Virus record (IMG/VR): IMGVR_UViG_3300020416_000059
Span: 1-26,620 of that record
Direction: 5' to 3' (one strand)
Source: a virus
Taxonomy: Duplodnaviria > Caudoviricetes
DNA: 26,620 nucleotides
The notes under the pieces were generated by a model. That model was not told where the DNA came from. It searched no databases and saw only the letters and a list, made by a program, of their open reading frames with translations. Numbering within the stretch: the first letter of the stretch is position 1; each line of letters begins with the position of its first letter. Shown in pieces: positions 6,567 through 13,668 of this stretch. The position numbers were made by a program, and so were the translations under genes.

Positions 6567-7468
6567 TGATACTCACTTACTCTCTTCTTAATCAGGTCAC
6601 CATAATTTTCATGCAACTCGCATCCAATATAGTCTCTACCTAGTGATTTTGCTACTGCAGCAGTTGTTCCCGATCCCATGAATGGATCTAGTATGATGTC
6701 ACCCTTCTCGCTTCCTGAGAGGATACAAGGTTCAATTAGTTCAGGTGGATATGTAGCGAAGTGGGCACCCTTATACGGTTTCTTGTTTACTGTCCATACT
6801 GATCTTTTATTCTTCTTTTCGTAAGACTTAGTTAACCCAGTATGAGGGGATAAACCAGTGCCAGGATTATGATACTTCCCTTTACTACGATCTCTAGTGC
6901 CCCAGTCTTTTGCTTGTTCTTTAATTGCTTCATTGTCATAATAATAGTTCTTATTCTTACTCAATAGGAAGATATATTCATGGGATTTAGTACATCTATC
7001 TCTCACACTTTCAGGCATTGGATTAGGTTTATGCCAGATAATATCTTGTCTTAAATACCATCCATCTTTCCTTAATGCAAATGCCAACATCCAAGGTATA
7101 CCAATTAAATCTTTACTCTTTAATCCTTTTAATTTATTCCCTCTAACAGGTGTTTTAGTAGGTAAATCTTGTCTAGTTTTACTTACTGTTTGTTTTGGGT
7201 AATTACCATCACTTCTATAATTATAATAAGAGTCTCCTATATTGACCCATAAAGTTCCATCATCAGTAAGTATATTTCTTACTTCTCGAAATACTTTAAC
7301 TAACTCATCAATAAACTCTTCAGGACTTTGCTCTTGTCCTATTTGTGAGTCTTCCCCACCATAGTCTCTTAGACCATAGTAAGGTGGTGATGTTACACAC
7401 ATTCTTGCCTGTTCATCAAATTGTTTTAAGGTGTCTCTGCAGTCACCGAATAGAATTGTGTCTCTCAT
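6509..7468 (-). CDS. beta-class amino-DNA methyltransferase, likely N4-cytosine
   Basis: N-terminal catalytic motif TSPPY; C-terminal SAM motif DPFMGSGTT; HFATYP. Confidence 0.93.
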   Translation of the reverse strand: MRDTILFGDCRDTLKQFDEQARMCVTSPPYYGLRDYGGEDSQIGQEQSPEEFIDELVKVFREVRNILTDDGTLWVNIGDSYYNYRSDGNYPKQTVSKTRQDLPTKTPVRGNKLKGLKSKDLIGIPWMLAFALRKDGWYLRQDIIWHKPNPMPESVRDRCTKSHEYIFLLSKNKNYYYDNEAIKEQAKDWGTRDRSKGKYHNPGTGLSPHTGLTKSYEKKNKRSVWTVNKKPYKGAHFATYPPELIEPCILSGSEKGDIILDPFMGSGTTAAVAKSLGRDYIGCELHENYGDLIKKRVSEYHVPVEEVAHNGLTHLLNDV

Positions 7469-8202
7469 TAAAATAATTCTGTAAGAGGGTTACTTAAAGA
7501 TCCTATGCGATCTTTTGCTATGTTGTAATACTTTTCATCGTTTTCTATCCCTATAAAGTTTCTATCTGTATTAACACATGCAACTCCAGTTGTACCACTT
7601 CCCATAGTATTATCAAGGACTGTTTCACCTTTATTGGTGTATGTCTTGATTAAATATTCCATCAACCCTACTGGTTTTTGTGTAGGATGTAATCCCTTTT
7701 CTTGCTTATACTTTAATACAGTTTTAGGATAGCGTGATCCTTCAGGATTGTCTCTGTGTCTAGATTGTGCTTCACCATAAACTTCACCAATCTTTGCAGT
7801 ATCAGATTTAAATCCACTGTAAGGAGTTGAATACCACATTTGAGGGTTATATGTTGGTTTCTTTCTATAGAATACCAATATATTCTCATGTGATTTTAAT
7901 GGCATAACTTTGGCATTCATGGGATTAGTTCCTTGAGGTTTTTCCCATATCCATTCGTATTTAAAATTAGAAATATTAGATGATGCTAGGACAGTAGTAA
8001 ATGGTTGAGCAGCAGTAAACACCATTGCAGCATCCTCTTTACATACTCTATTATATTCTTTCCATAGTTTATCTAATGGGATAATACTATCCCACTTACA
8101 TGCAGTTGTACCATAAGGTAAATCTACCAACACCATATCAACTGAATCATCTGCAATTGTAGGTAACAAATCCAAACAATCACCGAGCAATAAACTAGTC
8201 AT
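7468..8202 (-). CDS. beta-class amino-DNA methyltransferase, likely N6-adenine
   Basis: catalytic DLPY, HPTQKP, LDNTMGSGTTG; TAATG coupling to the next MTase. Confidence 0.92.
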   Translation of the reverse strand: MTSLLLGDCLDLLPTIADDSVDMVLVDLPYGTTACKWDSIIPLDKLWKEYNRVCKEDAAMVFTAAQPFTTVLASSNISNFKYEWIWEKPQGTNPMNAKVMPLKSHENILVFYRKKPTYNPQMWYSTPYSGFKSDTAKIGEVYGEAQSRHRDNPEGSRYPKTVLKYKQEKGLHPTQKPVGLMEYLIKTYTNKGETVLDNTMGSGTTGVACVNTDRNFIGIENDEKYYNIAKDRIGSLSNPLTELF

Positions 8203-8206
8203 AAAT

Positions 8207-8743
8207 TTACCATTCAGAAATATCCTTCACGAAATCACATTCTAGCAGAAGATTGACTTTTGTGCAAATGTAGTCATCATTACCAATAGATTTACCACCT
8301 TGTTGAACATTGAATAAACAATCATCACTCTTGAGGTGTGCTTCAAAATCTTCTTTAGTAATAAACACAATGCGAGCATCTTTTTCATTAGGATTGATAC
8401 CACAGAAAATGAGTCTCTCCCAGTCTTTACCTACAGAAACATGATTGATAATAAATTTATCTTTATTCACCCCACCCTTCTTGTTACGAGTGGCAAGTGA
8501 GAATTTAATCTCTGTTTTTATACCATCAATTATTCTATCGTGACCTGCAGTTGATGTCTCTGCACGTTTTACAGCATGGTCAGCAATTAGCATATAGTAT
8601 GATACAAATCTCTCTCCAAATTCACCTTTTTGTTTTGGTGACATAAAAACATAACCCTTGAACGGAGTATCTTCCCAAGGATCTTGTACGTTAGAGTCAA
8701 TGTAGTTGCGTAACGTGCCAGTAGAGAAGATTGATTCAAACAT
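8207..8743 (-). CDS. putative PD-(D/E)xK endonuclease
   Basis: KGEFGE helix followed by HD...EIK; 4 bp from the MTase gene. Confidence 0.6.
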   Translation of the reverse strand: MFESIFSTGTLRNYIDSNVQDPWEDTPFKGYVFMSPKQKGEFGERFVSYYMLIADHAVKRAETSTAGHDRIIDGIKTEIKFSLATRNKKGGVNKDKFIINHVSVGKDWERLIFCGINPNEKDARIVFITKEDFEAHLKSDDCLFNVQQGGKSIGNDDYICTKVNLLLECDFVKDISEW

Positions 8744-8765
8744 TGTGCTTTGTTTAGATGTTAAT

Positions 8766-8824
8766 AATATAAACTAAAACAGCACCCTTGTGTAGAGTGC
8801 TGTGTAGGTTGTTCGATTGTCACA
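8766..8824 (-). promoter_or_regulatory. early promoter cassette copy 9
   Basis: TGTGTAGG-N8-TTGTCACA 8801-8824; CAGCAC/GTGCTG hairpin 8780-8802 with T run on minus strand; TATATT 8766-8771. Confidence 0.65.
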
Positions 8825-10019
8825 CTATGGTGATTAGACCATCATCAAATTCATCAGCAAGTTCAGGGAAACAAACCCAACTAGGATTTATAAATGTCCC
8901 ATCCTCGTACCTTAGTTTTCCTGCTTTATAAATTTCCTTAATAGTTTCATTTACTCTGTTTATAAATTGTCGCCTTTCTGCCTCTGCATTTTCTTTGGTT
9001 AATTTTCGTGCTTTATCAACTGTGAACGCAACAGTGATAGGTTTATTACTGCTCTGCAACTTACATATATGATGTGCAACAGTTATGTGACTCTCACCTT
9101 GTCCTTGTTTAACAATAATCCTTACACCTTTATCACTAACATAATCATGGTAATCCTCACTAGTTTTACTCCAGTTGATTACATGTTCTGCAATATAGTT
9201 CTTCATTTGATCTGAACCATACTGTTTACGATCAACAACTACGTTAGGATTATGTTGAATCTTACGAAGAATAGCATCAATCTCTTTGTGATGACTATAA
9301 TGATAAGTCCTTATCTCATCACGCAAAATCTTATCTTTTTCTCCATCCTCTGCATTTTCAAGTTTTGTATAGATATCGGATTCTTCATCCAAAATATCGT
9401 TACAAATTGCTGCAGCAACATCTTCAGGACTTCTTCCTAATTGGGGACAGTCAACTCTGTTTAGTTCAGCATTAGCAAACTTACGAATTTTACTAATTTC
9501 CATGTCAATCAACCAAGTGATAACACTTTCTTGGTTAGCATCACCCGCAGCAGCAAAACGATGTGACCCATCAACAATACCCCAGACTACTCGGTTACCA
9601 TCTTTATCAGTATATTGATACTCTTTAGGTAAACGAAACAGTATCATTGCAGGTCTACTAGGATTCCAATATCCATCCCAAATATCGTTAAGAATATTAT
9701 TCTTTTGTTTTTCATTGATATTAACATCTACACGAATTTGAAATCCTTTAGGTAAAACTTCATTAGTCACATTGTTCTTTATCTCTTTACCTGCTGGATG
9801 TACTGTATTAATATCAATTAACTCCAATACATTCGTAACCATCTTGCCACCATAGGCAACAACCAATTTATCAATCGGTTGACATTCTTTACGGCAACGA
9901 TTCAATAACTCACTATTGAATAGAAGATTTTCATTGATTTCGTGTGCAGTAAAATCTACACCAAAAAGTAAATTAAGATTTTCGTAGTCTTCTACTACGT
10001 TAGGTTCTTTTGTTGTCAT
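8820..10019 (-). CDS. ParB/Sulfiredoxin-like N-terminal domain protein (399 aa)
   Basis: FQIR...PAMIL...WGIVDGSHRFAA, the DGxHR motif of the ParB/Srx fold; C-terminal half unrecognised. Confidence 0.7.
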   Translation of the reverse strand: MTTKEPNVVEDYENLNLLFGVDFTAHEINENLLFNSELLNRCRKECQPIDKLVVAYGGKMVTNVLELIDINTVHPAGKEIKNNVTNEVLPKGFQIRVDVNINEKQKNNILNDIWDGYWNPSRPAMILFRLPKEYQYTDKDGNRVVWGIVDGSHRFAAAGDANQESVITWLIDMEISKIRKFANAELNRVDCPQLGRSPEDVAAAICNDILDEESDIYTKLENAEDGEKDKILRDEIRTYHYSHHKEIDAILRKIQHNPNVVVDRKQYGSDQMKNYIAEHVINWSKTSEDYHDYVSDKGVRIIVKQGQGESHITVAHHICKLQSSNKPITVAFTVDKARKLTKENAEAERRQFINRVNETIKEIYKAGKLRYEDGTFINPSWVCFPELADEFDDGLITIV

Positions 10020-10023
10020 TGTA

Positions 10024-10185
10024 TTACATTGGTATTACGTCCCACCCTTGATCCTTAGGTACAACATTTTCAATGATATGTTGTACAGAATCAAGACCAA
10101 AGACGACTGCTTCATGTTGTGAATAGAAACCATTTACTATAGGTTCACTGATCCAACAAACCTTATAACGGTTGTTGTCTTTCAT
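10024..10185 (-). CDS. small hypothetical protein (53 aa, MKDNNRYKVCW...)
   Basis: translated by hand; ATGA coupling to the upstream ORF. Confidence 0.65.
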   Translation of the reverse strand: MKDNNRYKVCWISEPIVNGFYSQHEAVVFGLDSVQHIIENVVPKDQGWDVIPM

Positions 10186-10313
10186 TTATTAAGAGGCGAA
10201 TTGAAATATGCTTTGTTTACTGTGTATACAGTAAAAAGTGCTACTGCAATGCCAAGAAAACCCAACCAAAGAATAGGTGAGTGTGGAAAATCGTAAGTTG
10301 GAATAGTGGTCAT
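10182..10313 (-). CDS. single-TM microprotein (43 aa, MTTIPTYDFPHSPILWLGFLGIAVALFTVYTVNKAYFNSPLNK)
   Basis: translated by hand; ATGA coupling at both ends. Confidence 0.7.
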   Translation of the reverse strand: MTTIPTYDFPHSPILWLGFLGIAVALFTVYTVNKAYFNSPLNK

Positions 10314-10441
10314 TTGATTTCTGAAAGTACGTCATAAATTGCATCGGCATCAGATCCGATAACTGAGGAAACCCAATCGTCCTCTTGCTCTTGGCAGTTG
10401 TCAAACTGCTCATCATATTCGACTTTTAGTGATTTAGTCAT
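10310..10441 (-). CDS. acidic microprotein (43 aa, MTKSLKVEY...)
   Basis: ORF track with start moved to 10441. Confidence 0.65.
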   Translation of the reverse strand: MTKSLKVEYDEQFDNCQEQEDDWVSSVIGSDADAIYDVLSEIK

Positions 10442-10610
10442 TGTTGTGTCCGAAACCGTTGGATTGTGAAATTTTAGCAGATTGTTTCCAATCACGCAAC
10501 TGATTACGTTTTTTCTTTAACTTAATCAGTTCTTCGTCCGTATACTGGACTTTACCGCTTTCTCCCAAGCGGATGACTTTATTCAATAGGCGAATGTCTT
10601 TGTTGAACAT
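10434..10610 (-). CDS. small basic protein (58 aa, MFNKDIRLLNKVIRLGE...)
   Basis: translated by hand; first ORF after cassette copy 10. Confidence 0.7.
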   Translation of the reverse strand: MFNKDIRLLNKVIRLGESGKVQYTDEELIKLKKKRNQLRDWKQSAKISQSNGFGHNND

Positions 10611-10649
10611 GATTAATATAACGTAAATTTAGAGTGATGTGTGAAGATG

Positions 10650-10673
10650 TGTGCAGGTTCTTCAACCGTCACT
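10650..10673 (-). promoter_or_regulatory. cassette copy 10 (degenerate palindrome)
   Basis: TGTGCAGG-TTCTTCAA-CCGTCACT; spacer identical to copy 8; promoter hexamers unclear. Confidence 0.55.
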
Positions 10674-10876
10674 CACCTATACTTGTAAAGATCGTCAAGT
10701 CTTAGCGTCTTAACAATTTCCTCTACCTCTTTCATCTTAGAGAGGTATACATCTTCGTCAATCACTTTAGCACCAAAATGTTTCTTTTGCAAGTCGGAAA
10801 CATACAAAAGTAATGCGTCTTTTAATATCATTTTTTGATCCTTGATAAGGATTGCTGAGTGAATGCCAATGGTCAT
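10673..10876 (-). CDS. hypothetical protein (67 aa)
   Basis: ORF track; TAATG coupling. Confidence 0.75.
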   Translation of the reverse strand: MTIGIHSAILIKDQKMILKDALLLYVSDLQKKHFGAKVIDEDVYLSKMKEVEEIVKTLRLDDLYKYR

Positions 10877-11079
10877 TAATGTCTCAATGAATTGATATGT
10901 TCAAGTATGTATTCACGAATGTACATTAATTCGTGATAACAATTTTGATTATGGGCACAGTTCCTAAGTTTAGGATCTGGTTTATGGACGGATTCAGCAA
11001 ATAGTGTTAAAGCACTATTAAACTTATCTTCATCAAAAACAAACCGCAGTTCAGTTTCAGAACCATCGGGGGATGTCAT
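10876..11079 (-). CDS. hypothetical protein (ESVHKPD..LRNCAHNQNCYHELM)
   Basis: ORF track; start uncertain (11079 or 11160). Confidence 0.7.
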   Translation of the reverse strand: MTSPDGSETELRFVFDEDKFNSALTLFAESVHKPDPKLRNCAHNQNCYHELMYIREYILEHINSLRH

Positions 11080-11089
11080 GGAAACTTCA

Positions 11090-11278
11090 CTACCATCCAC
11101 CACTGTCTTTGGATCGGTTAAATTTTCGTTTCCTATTAGTTTGGGGTTGATTGTTGTCATTGTTTTCTTGTGCCCAAGTTTGTCGGTTGGTTCCTCCCTT
11201 TTGTCGTTTATCCCTGATAGATTTACCAGGAGAATAATACCCCTGTTCACTACCACCACGCCTGAAAGTTTTACCCAT
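11090..11278 (-). CDS. small basic protein (62 aa, MGKTFRRGG...)
   Basis: ORF track; fills the gap without overlap if the next gene starts at 11079. Confidence 0.65.
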   Translation of the reverse strand: MGKTFRRGGSEQGYYSPGKSIRDKRQKGGTNRQTWAQENNDNNQPQTNRKRKFNRSKDSGGW

Positions 11279-11319
11279 TGTGTGTAGGTTAAGGTTACGC
11301 TAAACTACTGTAATATGTA

Positions 11320-11553
11320 TCAGTCTACATTTCTGTAAACAGACATATATTCATCGTGAATACCGCTTGTTTTTTTCTCTGGTTTTACTTTTGGTCTGTG
11401 AGTTACTTCGGTGTTTAGTTCTTCAAAAACATAACCAACACCTCTGAGAAAGTCTTCAGTTTTACCTACAACATCTTCAAGAATGGTTGCTTCGAATTCT
11501 TTAGTTGTAACAGTTTGATCCTCATCGGTACAGATGAGAGTAAATTGAGGCAT
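11320..11553 (-). CDS. hypothetical protein (77 aa; FEA..L..V....EDFLRGVGYVF)
   Basis: ORF track; GAGGA SD; first gene after cassette copy 11. Confidence 0.8.
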   Translation of the reverse strand: MPQFTLICTDEDQTVTTKEFEATILEDVVGKTEDFLRGVGYVFEELNTEVTHRPKVKPEKKTSGIHDEYMSVYRNVD

Positions 11554-11575
11554 GATTATAAATCAGTTCCTCAAT

Positions 11576-11635
11576 ATTATGCCACAAAAAAGGGGGTATG
11601 TAAACCCCCTTGTGCCACTTATTTTGATTGTCACA
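11576..11635 (-). promoter_or_regulatory. cassette copy 11: probable terminator of the late operon plus early promoter
   Basis: TGTGCCAC-N9-TTGTCACA 11611-11635; AGGGGG/CCCCCT hairpin 11591-11610 with T run on minus strand; TTTACA 11599-11604, 17 bp, CATAAT 11576-11581. Confidence 0.8.
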
Positions 11636-11636
11636 C

Positions 11637-12833
11637 TTAAACTTGCTGTACTGTGATAGATGAACCTGAACTGGTGTTTGTGCTAGGGAATTGTCTATTA
11701 ACACTGTCATCACCCCAAATAACTCTAACAGCACCATTAGCACCACGACCACCTTGGTTGTTGCCATAGTAGGTTCCACCACCAGCACCACCGTAGATAC
11801 CACCATTACCACGAGTATTACCTCTAGGAGCAGGTTGGTTATATCCAGGTTGTCCACCAGATCCACCTTGTCCAGGTCTTGCGGGGTTAGCACCGAAAGG
11901 TCCACCAGATCCATTTGGACCTTGACCATAGATGCCTGTTCCTCCTCCACCTCCCATGAAGTAGTTGTTTCCACCAGCACCAGCACCGCCGCCACCGCCA
12001 GATCCAGGTTGACCAGGGTTGTTGTAAGGAATTGCTGCTTCACCACCACGTCCAGTGTACCCACCAGCACCAGTTCCACCGTTTCTCCATGTTCCACCGT
12101 AGTTATTATCTCCACCTCTTCCACCACCTTGACCAGAATAATCTCCACCAGGTAGATTAGATCCATCATAGTTACCACGACCACCTCTACCGCCACCACC
12201 TCGTACTTGACCAGTGCTCTGGAACCATGACTCACCACCATTCTGTCCATTGCTGTTTTCGTTATCTCCACCAGGACCAGCAGCACCCACACGAACAGTT
12301 ATACTACTACCTGGCGTGACTGTGATATTATTACGCCATCCTAATCCTCCACCTGTTCCACCGCCACCATCATGGTCTCCAGCACCACCGCCGCCACCAC
12401 CGATAGCAACAACAGATACCGCTTCAACACCATCAGGTACTTGCCAACTATGTTGTCCAACACTAACGAATAGAACTTCACCAGGATCTGCTTTACCACC
12501 TGATCCAACTGGCACCCACTCTGCATCGTTAGCAATATAAATTTCAGCAACTTCTTCTTCAGTATTCCATCCAACGTCACCATTAACAGGAGAACTAGGT
12601 CTGGTAGAGTTTGTCCAGTTTCTTAATCCTTGACCTAAAAATGGTTTCCAAGCACTGCCTGTCCACACTTCAACATCTTGCTCTGTTGAGTTGTATATCA
12701 TCTGACCTGCTGTAGGAGAACCAGGTCTACCAGCAGTAGTAAATGACGGCAATACCATGCCGTTTGTCATTTGAATGTTTCCACTCACATTCACAGTGGT
12801 TGAAGTAAGAGTTCCTACTGTAATCGATGACAT
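11637..12833 (-). CDS. glycine-rich virion/tail-fibre-associated protein
   Basis: two RPxSPxxG..YN/WN modules, then VVAIGGGGGG...GANGAVRVIW glycine-rich domain; late promoter upstream. Confidence 0.8.
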   Translation of the reverse strand: MSSITVGTLTSTTVNVSGNIQMTNGMVLPSFTTAGRPGSPTAGQMIYNSTEQDVEVWTGSAWKPFLGQGLRNWTNSTRPSSPVNGDVGWNTEEEVAEIYIANDAEWVPVGSGGKADPGEVLFVSVGQHSWQVPDGVEAVSVVAIGGGGGGAGDHDGGGGTGGGLGWRNNITVTPGSSITVRVGAAGPGGDNENSNGQNGGESWFQSTGQVRGGGGRGGRGNYDGSNLPGGDYSGQGGGRGGDNNYGGTWRNGGTGAGGYTGRGGEAAIPYNNPGQPGSGGGGGAGAGGNNYFMGGGGGTGIYGQGPNGSGGPFGANPARPGQGGSGGQPGYNQPAPRGNTRGNGGIYGGAGGGTYYGNNQGGRGANGAVRVIWGDDSVNRQFPSTNTSSGSSITVQQV

Positions 12834-12858
12834 AACTATTCTTCGTTGTTCTTGTTTT

Positions 12859-12866
12859 TATTTATA
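12859..12866 (-). promoter_or_regulatory. T4-type late promoter TATAAATA
   Basis: exact match about 25 bp upstream of the ATG at 12833. Confidence 0.75.
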
Positions 12867-12875
12867 AAATTGGGG

Positions 12876-13211
12876 TTACTCAGGTTGCCACTTGTTTGTG
12901 GACTGATTCCAGACCTGTAAAGTTTCCTGATCTGTATTCCATCCAGCATACCCATTAGGAAGACCAGATGTACTAGGTTTAGTTGAATCAGTCCAGACAG
13001 GGAAGGTAAGTCTCAACCCTAAAATCTTCCATTCACTTCCAGTCCAAACCTCTGCTCTCTCTTGAGATGAATTATATATCATCTGTCCAGTAACAGGACT
13101 ACTAGGTCTAGTTGAGTTGTCTTTCATATCCATGATTAACTTACCCATGGACATGGTAGTTGGAACCATGTTGGTTACGTTAACGGTTTCGCATTCAAAT
13201 GTACCTGCCAT
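12876..13211 (-). CDS. small virion protein, paralogous to the N-terminus of 11637-12833
   Basis: TRPSSPVTGQMIYN..AEVWTGSEWK; GGAGG SD. Confidence 0.8.
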   Translation of the reverse strand: MAGTFECETVNVTNMVPTTMSMGKLIMDMKDNSTRPSSPVTGQMIYNSSQERAEVWTGSEWKILGLRLTFPVWTDSTKPSTSGLPNGYAGWNTDQETLQVWNQSTNKWQPE

Positions 13212-13220
13212 AATTCCTCC

Positions 13221-13640
13221 TTAAATGACTTTCCAAACTGCACCAGTCTCAACTGTAACTGATACACCATTTGCTACAGTTACAGGTCCAACAGTAAATG
13301 CTCTCATAAACTCAGCACCAGAAGAGGCACCGATAACAGAGTCTTCTACGATTGTATCAGGATGAGTTCTAATTACACTATCTCCACCTAAACTTGGACC
13401 TCCTCCACCACCAACAGGAATCCAACCATTGACACCATCACCATTATCATTTACATAAATTTCAGCAGTGTCTTGCTCTGAGTTGTACCTTATAGTACCA
13501 AGAGCAGGTGTGCCAGGTCTCTGTGCATTAGTACCCGAAGGAAGTCTAAACACACTTTCACCATCTAAGAATGAGAGTGTATCAACAATTGCTTGGGTAG
13601 TAGTTGCGATTTGATTATCGCTAATTCTTGTTGTTGACAT
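13221..13640 (-). CDS. small virion/tail-associated protein
   Basis: LPSGTNAQRP..GTIRYN module; C-terminal GPVTVANGVSVTVETGAVWKVI; CTAAATA late-like promoter at 13666-13672. Confidence 0.8.
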   Translation of the reverse strand: MSTTRISDNQIATTTQAIVDTLSFLDGESVFRLPSGTNAQRPGTPALGTIRYNSEQDTAEIYVNDNGDGVNGWIPVGGGGGPSLGGDSVIRTHPDTIVEDSVIGASSGAEFMRAFTVGPVTVANGVSVTVETGAVWKVI

Positions 13641-13668
13641 ATGTTTTTACCTAATCCCCCTCTTCTAT

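Noticed and set aside
6307-6643. ORFs 6307-6519(-) and 6389-6643(+)
   Set aside because: The minus ORF starts upstream of the predicted TSS; neither looks protein-like; dense base pairing explains the region better
10189-10416. 75-aa minus-strand ORF in the track
   Set aside because: Overlaps two ATGA-coupled 43-aa ORFs that tile the region cleanly
1676-11635. Palindromes as CRP sites or CRISPR repeats
   Set aside because: CRP needs TGTGA-N6-TCACA whereas these have 14-15 nt between pentamers; copies are degenerate, irregularly spaced and separated by genes, with no cas genes
11522-12583. Alternative-frame ORFs 11522-12292(-), 11691-12155(+), 12214-12540(+), 12341-12583(-)
   Set aside because: Val-, Thr/Ser- or Pro-rich shadows of GGT-rich codons in the glycine-rich gene
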